A stretch of 64,000 nucleotides of DNA from Adineta vaga (lineage: Eukaryota > Animalia > Rotifera). This document shows positions 1-13,028 of this stretch, piece by piece (the stretch's first letter is position 1; the number at the start of each line of letters is the position of its first letter). The stretch spans positions 13,206,001 through 13,270,000 of the forward strand of contig CP075492.1 in the NCBI GenBank assembly GCA_021613535.1, given 5' to 3'. The translations under genes were made by a program, and so were the position numbers. The notes beneath the pieces were generated by a model. It searched no databases. It was given only the letters and a program-made list of their open reading frames with translations, and was not told the DNA's origin.

Positions 1-247
1 AAAAAAAATCATTTGATATGCTTCAGTAATTATCATATTTTTTGTATATTTTTCAGTCAAAAAATACTGTATGATATATACGAAGGTGAAATTGTTCAGA
101 CACGATCAACAGAAGAAGCATAGTGAATAGCCCATATGTTTTTGAATATTATCTCAGCAGATGATTAGGAAATTTGTTGATGAATTATATGAAATTGAAA
201 TCATTCTTTTATTAGTATTCTTTGTATGAAAAAGGAAAAGAATAAAA

Positions 248-3200
248 CTACCAAACAACACATTTATTCACTCGACTATTTCCTTGTCCTGGTTTACAAC
301 CGAATGCGCGATCAAATTCATCAAAATTCGATGTTGGACCGGTTATTCTAGAATAAAAATCAATCATTAAAACGTCATAAATGTACAAAAAAATTGTATA
401 CCTAAATTGACCAAGAGAATGCACATCAGTTAAAATTCGATTGCGTGCATATGCATCAGTCATTTTAATACACCAAGTATGAGCAAAATTAATGAAAAAC
501 AATTGTTCTACAGAATATTTTGTTAAACCCGGCAATTTCTTATCCACATTGGCGTTCGCTTTAGCCCATTGTTGATATGCCTATAAGACTTAATAAATGA
601 TTAAAACTTCTATTTCAAATAAATTACTTACAAAAAAAGCAGCTTTTACTCCACCATTATCAGCAATATCTTCACCTTGTGTTTGATTTCCATTACTCTA
701 AATAATGAATGAAAATACATCTAAATGATCAGTTCAAAATTATACATACATTCATATGAATACTTGGTACTGAAAAATTACTATATTGATCGATAATACA
801 TTGTTTACGTTGATTAAATTGATCAATTGTTTGATCAGACCACCAAGGAATTCGATTACCATCTTTATCAAATTGTCGACCCGTATCATCAAATCCATGT
901 GTTATCTCATGACCAATAACAAGACCAATACCTTCAAACAATTCACTCGATTTACTCTCAAAAAAAAACTTTCCTATCACTTACCACCATAATTCAAATA
1001 TCTAAACAACAAAACAAAAGATATTTCGATAATGAATTCATTAAATCTTTACTTTGGAGCATCTTTATTAAAAAATGGCATTTGAAGAATACCAGCTGGA
1101 AAAGCTACAAGACGAAATACATTAGATAAATGTTGAATTGTAATCGATTCACATACTAATTTGATTTTGTGATGGTTCATAGAATGCATTGATAACAGTT
1201 GGTGGAAGTGTTCCCCATGCTTTTCGATCAACAGCTTTTCGAAGTAATTGAAGATTTTCATTGGTTTTTATTTGTTGAATTTTAAAAATATTATAAATAT
1301 ACGATGAATTAAATACATACTAAATCATTCATAAGAATATCTCATCATATTACTATCATTTATATCTTACTTTTTCATAATCTTTTTCAAGTTTTGTATT
1401 ATTATCACTACCTAAATAATCTGGATAGCCAATTTGTTTACCAATTGCCATAGCCTAGAATTCTAAGTATGTCTCTCGAATCAAAATAATCTTCTTGTTT
1501 ACCTTTTCCATTGCCTTTGCTTTCGAAGTATCATCCATCCAAGTAGCTGTATCAAGCATAACAATAAATGAATCTCGAATATGTTCGATCATTTCTAATG
1601 ACTAAATTGATCAATAGAATTTTAGATATAAAGTCTATTCTATTCATTACTTGATTACGAGCATTTTCATCAAAATATTTTTTTATATAAAGTTTTGAAA
1701 CGACAAAACCCATATTATTATTTACATAAATTCCACATTTAACTGTTCGTGCTTGTTCAGCACTTGTGCCTTGAAAAGTTCGATCAAATTGTTCTTTCGT
1801 ATTTCGAATCGATCGAGGCATATTTCCTGCTTGATTCATCATAAAACGCCAAATGAAATAATTTTGTAAAGTACGTGATGATGTTTCATCGATTATACTC
1901 GTAGCATTATTCAGAAAATCTAATTCACTAACAACAATTGTATCTTGATCGTTTATAACTACATCAGCAGATAAATACGCTTGTTGAAGATAATTAGTAA
2001 AATCGAACTATTTATGAAGAAAATAATTTATATCAGACAGAAGAATAGAAATGAATTATAGACATACACTAGTATTGAAGGTGAAGGCTAGATCAGAGAT
2101 AGTTGTTCGAACTGTTTCATTATCTCGCGCTCGTTGTTCATCATTAGTCCAGTAGAACTAAAGAGAAAGATAATAATATTTGTTGAAGTAATATGTAATC
2201 GAAATATTTCCTACTTGAGCAATACTTCTTTCGAATTCAAAGATTTCATCAACATCTTGATCAATCATAATGGTATCGTTCGTTAATAGGCTGGCTAAAC
2301 TTCTCATAAATTGTCGATAAGCAATAGTAATGTCTGTTTCATTGGCATAATATTGACGTTGAGGTAATCCAAGTGAACCTTGACCAACCTGAAATAGACA
2401 ATTTCTCAATATACATCATATTAACATCATTCTATCGTACTGAAATATCTGATATTGATGAATTTTTCTCATCAGTATCAGTATTTATTCTATAGATAAA
2501 ATTATAGTTGTATTGACGAAGTTTCAATAATAATTTCGAAAGATTGAATGTTGCATTGTTCCATGATTCACCTTGTAAGATAGGCCATCCACCAAATTCT
2601 GTATTGATTAATGATAAAATTGGATGAATTCCTTCGTTTTCAATAGTTGCTTCATCAACACATGAACTATACAAACGACGAGCATTAGTAACACAATGTA
2701 ATTCATCAGCTTCATTGTTTGATGTCGTGGATAATAGATCTAAAGATACAAACCATGAATCTAATATCGGGAAAAAAATTGATTTCTATTTACCAATAAT
2801 ATTATCATCTAATTTCTTGTCCAGAATTCGAAATGTATTCTGTGCACTTGCTAGAAAATCATGCAAAATTGTTTCCATCATCATACATAAAGATATGATC
2901 TTACCATCATCAGGTATTCTCGTATTTTTAAGCCATGTTCCACAAGAAAATTGATAAAAATCTTCACAGGGTTCAATCGATTGATCGATACTATCGATTA
3001 AATAATCCGCTGATATAGAAACGATAGATAAACATCTCTCTTTCTCTATTGGAAAAATAAATTAACAAATACCTGCTTTAATACAATATGGACTCAAGCA
3101 TACATCATCATCCTTTTCTAAAATCAAGTTAAATATTTGTATATATGCATATATATATGTATGAATAGATTATAAGAATAATTTACTGTCTTGATCGGAT

Positions 3201-3402
3201 TTTTTGCTACCATATAGAATCGCTAAAACAATAGTCGAAGTGATAAAAATAACGAGGAGAATACCCAAAATAATAAATGGTCGCTTTGATTGTGATTGTG
3301 AAGGTGGTTTTGTACTATAAATGAGAAATAGATGATAAACTCTGTATTAATCAATTCCTACATGAGTCGATCTAATGTTCCCGGACTGAATCGATCATCC
3401 AT
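248..3402 (-). CDS. Neprilysin/ECE-like M13 metallopeptidase, multi-exon, type II membrane protein
   Basis: Zinc motif [19 protein letters not shown] (ExxxD), [13 protein letters not shown]-terminal [13 protein letters not shown]...FDRAFGC...KCVVW; hydrophobic N-terminal exon ~3190-3315; ATG at 3402; many short GT-AG introns. Confidence 0.93.
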
Positions 3403-3835
3403 TTATTAGAATTTCTATGATATCTTTTATATCTGTTCGATTCAACAATAAAGAAGAGGAACTTTAATTTTAACGTAGTACTTTTATATACTATTCTTAC
3501 TTTGTAAATAGATCTTCAGATGAGTATTATAATGATAAGATATCAAAGAGAAGAGTACTTGCATGTTGTATTATTTATCTTTGTAAAAAATCAACGGATA
3601 ATGATAAAGTCCAAGTTATAGAATGAAATCATACATGATCTTTTTACTGAGATGTATATTTAGCATGAATATATATGCTCTCATGAAAAATAAATTGAAT
3701 GAACATGAGAATTATAGGGGGCGATTATGATATTTTTAATTTGTTTATTAGCTCACCTATAAAACGAAATGTAATGAGTCAACTTGATTTATAGTTGTGT
3801 TTTTCATTGTTATATATAACATTTAAAGAAAAAGG

Positions 3836-4435
3836 ATGACTTCAACTTTAATATCTGTACCTTCAGAAGCGCTGTCATTATCTGTTCTTGATTCTGATGG
3901 TATATCCCATTCATTTTCTAGTCTCTATACAACTGATGGTCAAGATCAACAAATTCTTTTTATATTTATTCGTCATTTCTTCTGTGGTAGTTGTAAAGAA
4001 TATATTTCTGGTATTTCATCGGAAATTGATGGTATCACACCACAAGAACTTTCAAAATCTAATAAACATCTAATAATTATTGGTTGTGGTCAACCAAATC
4101 TTATCGAACAATATAGAAAAGACACAAAATGTCCATTCGCAATGTATGCAGATCCAACACAACGATTATATGATGCATTTGGTATGATTCGAACATTAAG
4201 TTTAGCTGAAAAGAAACCAGATTATATTAAATCATCGTTCTTGGTAAATGTAGCCAAGTCAGCTGTATGTCAAATTTCGTCAGGAACGTCAATGTTTCAA
4301 GGTGGAGATATTCGTCAAATAGGTGGAGAATATTTGATTAATGAACGAGGAGAAATCTTATGGTCACATAATATGACTAATACACAAGATCATGTTGAGA
4401 TTAAAGAATTACGTAAAATTTTAGGATTCGATTAA
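3836..4435 (+). CDS. AhpC/TSA-like (peroxiredoxin-like 2/AAED1 family) thioredoxin-fold protein, intronless, fungal-type
   Basis: FIRHFFCGSCKEY (CxxC), IIIGCGQP, CPFAMYADPTQRLYDAFGM, GGDIRQIGGEYL, HNMTNTQDHVEI. Confidence 0.85.
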   Translation: MTSTLISVPSEALSLSVLDSDGISHSFSSLYTTDGQDQQILFIFIRHFFCGSCKEYISGISSEIDGITPQELSKSNKHLIIIGCGQPNLIEQYRKDTKCPFAMYADPTQRLYDAFGMIRTLSLAEKKPDYIKSSFLVNVAKSAVCQISSGTSMFQGGDIRQIGGEYLINERGEILWSHNMTNTQDHVEIKELRKILGFD

Positions 4436-4669
4436 GAAATCAATCCTTCTTCTTCTTCTTCTTCTTTTGTCCTCAATAAAATAAATAATACTACAATATT
4501 TGTTTACTAGTGACATCTATCAAATGACCGTTTATTTGTCCTTCGAGTTCATATAACGAACATTATGGTTGTCAAATAATTGATTTGATTGATTGATAGT
4601 TTACCTTTTTAACATTCTTCTCTTTTTTTTCTTCTTTCAAACGAAAGACACATTTGTTCATTGAGTATC

Positions 4670-5852
4670 ATGGCAGCTGATTCCACATATATGGCTGGTT
4701 CAGTCAAATCTTATCCATTTTCCATGTCAGATAGATCAGCATTAAACAAAGAAGAAATTCTTGTTAAAGATGATGAATTAACATGTGAAGATCATTGTCA
4801 TAATATAGGTCTGTGGTGCTATAATCCAAAATATCGTGAAGTTTGTGGCCGGGATGGTTTATCATGGGCAAAAATTGCGCTTTACTTTTTCGTATGTTTC
4901 ATGTTTATGGCTGGAATATTTGGTTCATTTGTGGGAATTTTTATGGCTATTGTTGATAAACGTATTCCACCTTATCGAGGAGATTCAAGTGCTATTGCTT
5001 TAGATACATCAAGACCAAATCCAGGTAAAAGAAAATTTGATTATTAAAAATTTATCATTTGATTTTCATTTATTTTAGGACTTGGTTTTCGTCCTCAAAT
5101 AGGTGTTGAAAAAACTTTAATTAAATATCGTTCATCTCATCGTAATTCATATGGACATCGTCATGGTTGGGGTCCATATAAAGAACAATTAGATCAATTT
5201 TTAGCTTATTATACTGAAGCTGATGTTCAATATCAACAAACAATGGAATGTAAAGGTGTAGCTCTTGAAAAACTTCGTCCATTATTTCATTTGGGTAAAT
5301 CATGTCGATTTGATATTAATATGTTTAATAATCGTGATACACCATGTTCAACACAACGTAATTTTGAATATGATCGTGGTCATCCATGTGTTCTTTTAAA
5401 ACTTAACAAAATTTATGATTGGGAACCAGTTACATATAAAAATGCTGCTGAAGTTCCAGAACAATTTAAAGGTAAAATAGTTATCCTACGAAGATTTGTT
5501 TTTCATAGAACTGTAAAATTGATTTTTGTTTTTAGGAATATGGTCAAGTGAATTTTCTGACTATGTTTTGGTTGAATGCGGTGGAGAAAATGATGTTGAT
5601 CGAGATTTTATCTTTGAAATTGAATATTATTCTCAAATGAATACAACAAAAATCGGTGGTTTTCATCGTAATTTTTATCCTTATCTCAATCAAGATGGTT
5701 ATCGAAGTCCTTTAGTGTTTGTTTATTTTAAAAAGATTGAAACAAATGTTTTAATCAATGTAGAATGTCGAGCATATGCAAGAAATATAATCAATGACGA
5801 TAGTATTGAATATAAACGTGGTAGTGTTCATTTTGAACTTATTGTAGAATGA
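4670..5852 (+). CDS. Na+/K+-ATPase beta subunit (3 exons)
   Basis: CGRDGLSWAKIALYF followed by a TM segment, NPG|LGFRP, GHPCVLLKLNKIYDWEP, FYPYLNQDGYRSPLVFV, INVECRAYARNI...RGSVHFEL; introns ~5025-5078 and ~5472-5536. Confidence 0.92.
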
Positions 5853-6466
5853 AATCATCTGTGTGAATTATTAGAAATATGAATCTCTTCTTTTATATTT
5901 GTACATTTTCTTTGATATACATTCCATCAAAGTGATCTTTGTTTTCTTTGATGACAATTTGTTTATTGCTCATGACGTTTAGTTTATATAGATAATCTTT
6001 TCTTCTTCATTTGTGCAAATTTTTACTCGTCCATTTTTTATATGTGCAACTTATAATTGTTTGTTTTTTCGAAGGAATTAATATATCATACTGATGAGTA
6101 GTTATCAAGAATAGAAGTAATACATTGTTTGATCGCTATACTTTACTTACGTGACCTTTTCACCGAGCATTGACCCTTGCATTTTGCCGTATGCCTTATC
6201 CTATATGACTTACGTTAAATGCATGCAGAAAATTATAGATGATCATAAAAAGTATAAAGATTGTTTTATTAGACAAGATGAGTCAGATTTGAAACGTGAT
6301 TGAAGACGATTAGACCTTTAATAATGTGATGGTATGTGTGGAATTTCATAATCTAATTCTATAACTATCGTTATTACTTTCATGATATTACATTATTAAA
6401 CATGTGACAATAATAGAAAAGTTATAGAGTTTTAGTTTATTTTAAGATTTTAACGAATCATTTTAA

Positions 6467-6874
6467 ATGGCACATCTTCAATATTTCTCCTACAAAGGTG
6501 TTGGAGAAAGAAATAAACAACTATTTAAATATTCTCAAGCTGTTCGTATTGGCGACAGAATTGAATGTGCTGGACAAGGCGGTTGGGATCCGATCACCGG
6601 TGAATTTGATGAAGATGTTAGTAAACAAATTGATCAAGCATTTAAAAATGTTCAATTGAATTTAATTGATGCTGGAGGAAAAGGTTGGGAACAGGTCTAT
6701 CGTATTGTTTCCTATCATATCCCATTGAATGATGAAACTATTAATGCCATGGTTCGAAATCTTAAACAATGGTGTCCAAATCATGAGCCAATTTGGACTG
6801 TTTTAGGTGTTTCAAGACTTGGAGAAATATCGATGAAAGTTGAAATCGATGCATTTGCTCATATTCCTAATTGA
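6467..6874 (+). CDS. RidA/YjgF/YER057c/UK114 (L-PSP) family protein, intronless, fungal-type
   Basis: YSQAVRIGDRIECAGQGGWDP, QIDQAFKNV, DAGGKGWEQV, PIWTVLGV, MKVEIDAFAH. Confidence 0.9.
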   Translation: MAHLQYFSYKGVGERNKQLFKYSQAVRIGDRIECAGQGGWDPITGEFDEDVSKQIDQAFKNVQLNLIDAGGKGWEQVYRIVSYHIPLNDETINAMVRNLKQWCPNHEPIWTVLGVSRLGEISMKVEIDAFAHIPN

Positions 6875-7050
6875 CTTTCACCAAACCTTGTAGTATCCAA
6901 TGGATACGTCTAGTTGCATTATATGTATCACTAATAAAAGGAATAGAAGAGACGATTTACAGCCAGATATAATTCTCCGATAAATTTATTAATTGTTTCT
7001 GCATAATCAAAAAGAAAAGAGAGTGAAAAAAAATATATGTAGATGTAACT

Positions 7051-8121
7051 TTATCGTCGAACTGTATTGGCTGAAGCAATAGCCGTATATAAATGTCTTA
7101 ATTCAGTAGCATCATTTAATGATTTCAATTCAGCATCATGAAATGGATCATCTGAACCTAATGTACCATCAAACGTTGCAGCTAAATCGTTCGCCGTAAC
7201 TGAATCACAGTTGTTATACGATCGATTGTTTTGTTTGACTGAATTTGGTGAAGAATTTGTTGAATGAATAGGCGTTGGTAAACTCAAAGTATTCGATGGT
7301 AACATCGGTGGAGCATTAACAGGCAATGCATAAGGTTGACGATTGGCATCAGGATAATAGATATCACGCACCGAAGGTAGATGATATGAAGGTGATATGA
7401 TAGGTTTGTTTGTTAATGGTGGAGGAATTGGAGCAGGTGTTACTGGATAAGACGTAACAGGAACCGGTATATGTACTGAAGGATGAGCATTATTTGGTAA
7501 ATGCGTTAGTGGAGGTAGCATATGATTAACAGAAAAAGGAATAGTTGTTGTATGTGTTGTTGATAGAATTGGCACAGAATTTACTGGTTGAGCACTAAAA
7601 CAAACAAACAAAAGAGAATATTTATGGATGTATTTTATCTATTCAACAAAGAAGTTTACTTTGTCGTAATTGTTGTGGAAGGTGCTGATACTTGTTGTTG
7701 TTGTTGTCGTAAAGTATCTGTTTCAATTTCCTTCTTTTTACGTTGTACATCTTCTAATGCTTCTAATAACACTTTCTTTTCTAATGTGAAATCAATCTAT
7801 ATTCGAAGAGAAAAACATCGATGATAAATTCATTTGTCTCAAATGAAACTTACTGGTACAGAAAGAATATCACGAATTTTACTTGTATCATACTCAGGAA
7901 TATCAACATTAGGCTAAAAAGATTGCATATTATTCTTAAGTCAAAAGATTTGTTGTTCTACTTACGACGACAATTGTTTGATATTTGGGATTAAATTGAA
8001 AAGGAATATCTTCTACAAATGATGGTAATGGTGGTGCTGCTCCATTATTAATAGAATGATTATATTCATCATTGGAAACAGATGAATATCTTCCAGATTG
8101 ACTCGATCTATATCCACTCAT
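7051..8121 (-). CDS. UBAP1-like ESCRT-I subunit (UMA domain, Pro-rich linker, no C-terminal UBA/SOUBA), 4 exons
   Basis: Spliced N-terminus SFVEDIPFQFNPKYQTI-PNVDIPEY...IDFTLEKKVL resembles the UMA domain; DDPFHDAELKSLNDATELRHL resembles the conserved UBAP1 DPF..LELK.I...EEL motif. Confidence 0.65.
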
Positions 8122-8564
8122 TGAAATAATGTTAGAAAAACGAATCGATTAATATACATTTAAAATAGTAATAAAAAATAATCTGATAAGTTTGGTTTTG
8201 GTTCGAAAAAAAATCTAAAATAATTTCATTGAAAACAAATGTTGATGTTTTTTGGTTTGATATTATGCACAAAATAGCATGAAAAAAAAACCCCAAAACA
8301 AATGAATACTGTACAATAAAACAATGCTTTTTAAGATAATATGGCACCTATTCATCAAGTGTCAAAAATGAGCAATGCAATTACAAAGAAGAAGAAGAAG
8401 AAGCAATTCTAAATTCTAATGAATAATACATATTTTTTGTATTTCGTAAAACTGTTCAGAAAAGAAAGAATTAATTTTGATGATGTTTCATGCCTTTAAC
8501 AAGATTTGTTAAAAGTTGAGTAGTATCCATCGATGATGACGATGTTGTATTGTCGGATTTGTTT

Positions 8565-9377
8565 TTATTTGAAATAATACGATTTGATTTGGAACGAAGA
8601 TCACATGACGGAAAATTATATAAAAATGTTCCTAAATATTTCAATATTAATCGGAAATCAACTATCTATCTTCGAAGATACATACCTTGTTCATCATAAA
8701 GAATATGTTTTAACATTGTATTGAGATTCGAATCTGCCGGTAACTGAAATTGTTTTCCAGATGCTCGACAATCCATTAATTGTTTCAACCATTGTTGAAC
8801 AATATCAGTTTTAATATTATTTACAGAACCAGTAAAAAAATCTTGTAAAAATTCTCCTTCTGATTGAAGTTTTTCATATTCATAAGCTACAGAACAAAGA
8901 AAGTAGATAATAGAATGTTTTTTTTCTAACTATACAAATAAAGTTCTTACCTTGTAAAAGCATATCAAATATATCTAAATCTTTCACAAATTTTGATTCA
9001 TTAGTTTTTTGATCAGCATATTCATTAAAAAGTGAGAAAATTTCTCTACCAATATCAGCTGGTAATAAACTTGTTAAATATAACATTGCCTCAGTTTCTC
9101 TTCGACGTTTTTCTGTTTTTGGTATGCCATCAAATTCCGTTAAATCACCCACAACAGATTCAGCTAAATCATGAACAAGTGCTAATTTCATACAACGTAC
9201 TTTCGATTCTTCAGATAATGTTGGTAGCAAAAGTGACATAACAGCCATTCGATACATATGATCAGCAACACTTTCAACTTTCTCTACGCCATGTAATACC
9301 CAACCAGTACGAAATGTTCGTTTAGCTTGACCAACATAGAGTAGAAATTCTAATAGACCATCAAGATCACTATTCAT
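8565..9377 (-). CDS. HDDC2: HD domain-containing protein 2 (5'-deoxynucleotidase)
   Basis: KRTFRTGW, ESVADHMYRMA, KLALVHDLAESVVGDLT, FVKDLDIFDMLLQ|AYEYE; 3 exons; stop TAA at 8565-8567. Confidence 0.9.
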
Positions 9378-10462
9378 CTTGACGTCAAGTTTAATTTACG
9401 TCACACGAGAAGATATTTCGAGACAAATACCAACACCAACCAAGTTTTATTCTTATTCTGTCTTTTGATTCATTATCGATAACCAATCAAATTCGTTTTC
9501 TCTATAATAATTATATCCGATTTTGAGGGGAAAAAATGACTTTTTTTATTTAAATTAAAACTGGAAAGTACTCAAATAAATTCTACAATGATTTATTTCA
9601 CATAATATAATAAAGTGACATCTATTGATAAAATTCGACAGTACGGAGATCAAGTCTAAGTTGCAATTGGAAGAACATAGATGAAATGACGATATGCTTT
9701 GATAGTACTGACAAAACATTCATCTTGTCTTGTGCATATGATTAATTTCAAATAAAGAAATTTCTTGAATGAAATTAAAGCCACTATCAGAGATTAAATC
9801 AAATTTCCATATAGGAAAAAATAACAAGGTTCTACTGATGATAATCAAATAAATAGTCGTTGTAAACTAAATCTATAGGCAAAATATGTAATCCTGATAT
9901 CGATATTCACGAAAATAAATACTACAAATTGATTTACTGGTCAACTTCTCAAACTCATCGAATTAATTTTTAATCAATCTATGAATAGATTGAATTAGAA
10001 AGAGCAATAGTTATATAATCAATCATAACACATAGTCTTTTCATTTCCTATGTCAAATATTCGTCGCTAAAATAATATGTATTTATAATGTACAAATAAC
10101 GACAAAAAATGAAACCTTTCATCATATTTTCTTCTTCTTTTTATTCTATAGAAAAAATCGATGTTTTGAATTTCTTGTTGCGTGTTAACGTAAGCGAAGA
10201 AAAATAATCTAATGATAAAGAACGCAATAATACAAAGCAGTGTTTCACAGATCTTTTTACAGAAAAGAAAATTACAACAAGACAGTCAATATGTACTACG
10301 CTTATGGTTTCTTTCTTTTTTTTAATTATGTTGCATATGGTTGATCGAAAACAAAAGGTAAAGGATAGATTTCATAACATAGTTTACGTGTGCAATATGA
10401 GTTGAGAACACAGATAGTTATTTTCTCTTGATGTAATATATTTCATTGTATTTATTCTTAGA

Positions 10463-12902
10463 ATGAATATTCATCGAAAGCATATTATTCTCTGCGATTG
10501 AAGAAAACGTAGGTGATGCTTTAGTTAATAATTGATAGGATTCTATTGGTTTTAGATGGCCAAATGATGAATAAGCAAGTTCTTAATATACCTACTCGTC
10601 AGATACCTCATACAAGACTTATTGATGATGGAAGTATAGAAACTCGATATGAAATTTTGAATAAATTAGGAAAAGGTTCATTTGGTATTGTTTATCGTGT
10701 ACAAAATAAAAGCAATCATATGTTTTATGCAGTAAAAGCTATTTCGAAAAAAGTAAAGTTTTTGAATGTTTGTTTATTTCTTTTGTTCAAAAGGAAATAT
10801 TTTTGTTTGAATTTTAGCTTGGACAAAAATCAAAATCGATTAGTTTTGATAATGAAGTGAAATTATTAACAGAAGTCAATCATCCTAATCTTATTCACCT
10901 CCACGAAGTTTTAGAATCATCTCAAGTAAGTGATTAAAAATCAAAAATAGTTGATGTTTTTAGAACGTTATCGTAATATTATTAATGAGAAACTCGTTCA
11001 ATAGACTTGCATCGTATGAAATATTTCTTAATCTTCAGCACATTTCTTAACATACAATAGTTGTCTTCAATAAGAACTATCTTGAATATCAATCATTATT
11101 GATTACGGTGGAAAACAACCGATTTAGAAACAAAAATAAAATATGAATAAGAAGGAATTAGATGTATTTTTGATGATATTTTAACTGATTTTTAGAATTT
11201 ATATTTGATCATCGAATTATGTGAAGGTGGTGAATTAGGTGGGTATGTGAAAACTCATGGTCCGTTACCTGAACAAACCGTTAAACATATAATGTCAAAA
11301 CTAATCAATGCATTGCATTATCTTCATAAAATAGGTGAAAATTTGTATTGTATCTTTCAAAACTGAGATATGTTCTTTTTTTGTGTAAAGATGTTGTACA
11401 TCGAGATTTGAAATTAGAAAATATCTTATTGAAAAAGACTCCATCTGGTAAAACGGATATATTTGATATTCGAGTATGTTTACTTTTCAACATTACTATC
11501 TAATTAGTCATTGATAAAACTTGAAAGGTAACTGATTTTGGTCTAAGTTCAAAGAAAAGTATTACTTCAACTGATTCATTATTCAATGATTATTGTGGTA
11601 CTCCATTGTAAGTCATTGATTGATCAAGAATGACAACAATTATTTCTATTTCTGTTAGATATATGGCACCAGAAATACTTGAAAATAAAAACTATAGTGC
11701 TCTTTGTGATGTATGGGCAATGGGAGTTATTATGTTTTATTTGTAAGTATTAAAAACTAAAAAGATATTTCACTTTGTTTTATATCCATTTTAGAATATG
11801 TGGTCGACATCCTTACGTAGCTCATGATGAACGACGATTACTTGAAATCATTCGTTCAACAACACTTCGTTTTGATGTAGAAAAATTTCGAAATATATCA
11901 TCTCAAGGTATTCCATTCAAATCTTTGTATGAACATAGAATTGATACATCATTCCATTGACGATATAGGTATCGATTTTCTACAAGGAATGCTTGTTTAT
12001 GATACTGTTCATCGTCGAACAATGGGTGAACTTATTGTACATCCATGGTTAACAGTATGATTGATTTTATTGAGAATTTATTTGATCCATTGAAATCTTT
12101 AGGGTCGATCGGATAAAGAACCAACGAAAGATATAATAACAATGATGAAAGAATTTCATGCTGAAGATCATCAACGTCAAAAAACGAGTGAAATTAGTTT
12201 GACAGAATTAATAAATGCAACTGCTGAACATCCAAAATCATCAGCAACAGTAGTGGATGATATACGTTCACAATTGAATGAAATGGATTCAAATAGAAAT
12301 ACACTGGAACATGAAGTCAATACGACTGATCAACACAAATCTAACGTGAAATCCTCGCATAAAATAAAAGTAAATTTAATTTTCCTATTATTTCGCCTAT
12401 TTACTCTGGTATAGGTTTCAAGACGTGCACCAAATGTATTACATGATATGAGTACTGTTTCAGTCAATCCTCATGTACGAATTAAACCAAATGCAAGCTG
12501 ACTTGGATTTACGAATAAAAATTATTTTTTTCAATATTTTAGAAATTAAACTTAGTTGATACGTATGAAAATCGTCAAGCAAACCATCCATCTTCTTCCA
12601 TGAATGTGGCAAGACTACACCCTGGGAATACTCGACTTAGTCGATCTCGATCTCAAGTTGATAGACCTAATTTTACAAAACTTTCAGTAAAACCACGAAC
12701 AATTGTAAATGATTCTAATCAAATTCTTACTTCGCATTCTCCAGTATTCAAAGATCGTCTAATGCCCACGCCAACATCATCTACTATAACTGCTTTGATG
12801 ATGATTAATAAACCATCATCTGTTCCATATCGACCTCAACATCAATTGAATCATACAAGAAAGATATCCTTGTATGATAAACGTCCTAGAGAACATATAT
12901 AA
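10463..12902 (+). CDS. STK33: Ser/Thr kinase, STK33-like (CAMK group), multi-exon
   Basis: IPHTRLIDDGSIETRY, LGKGSFG, AVK, VHRDLKLENILL, TDFGL, CGTPLYMAPE, CDVWAMGVIM; start exon uncertain. Confidence 0.8.
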
Positions 12903-13028
12903 TATTAGTTTTCGTTTAAGAATCCAGATGAGCTTCATACTTACTATTACAATAAAGAACAAAAAAGATTTAGATATTGAATGAGTTAGAATTATATTGA
13001 AACGTAATAGATAGATTAATATGTTCTT

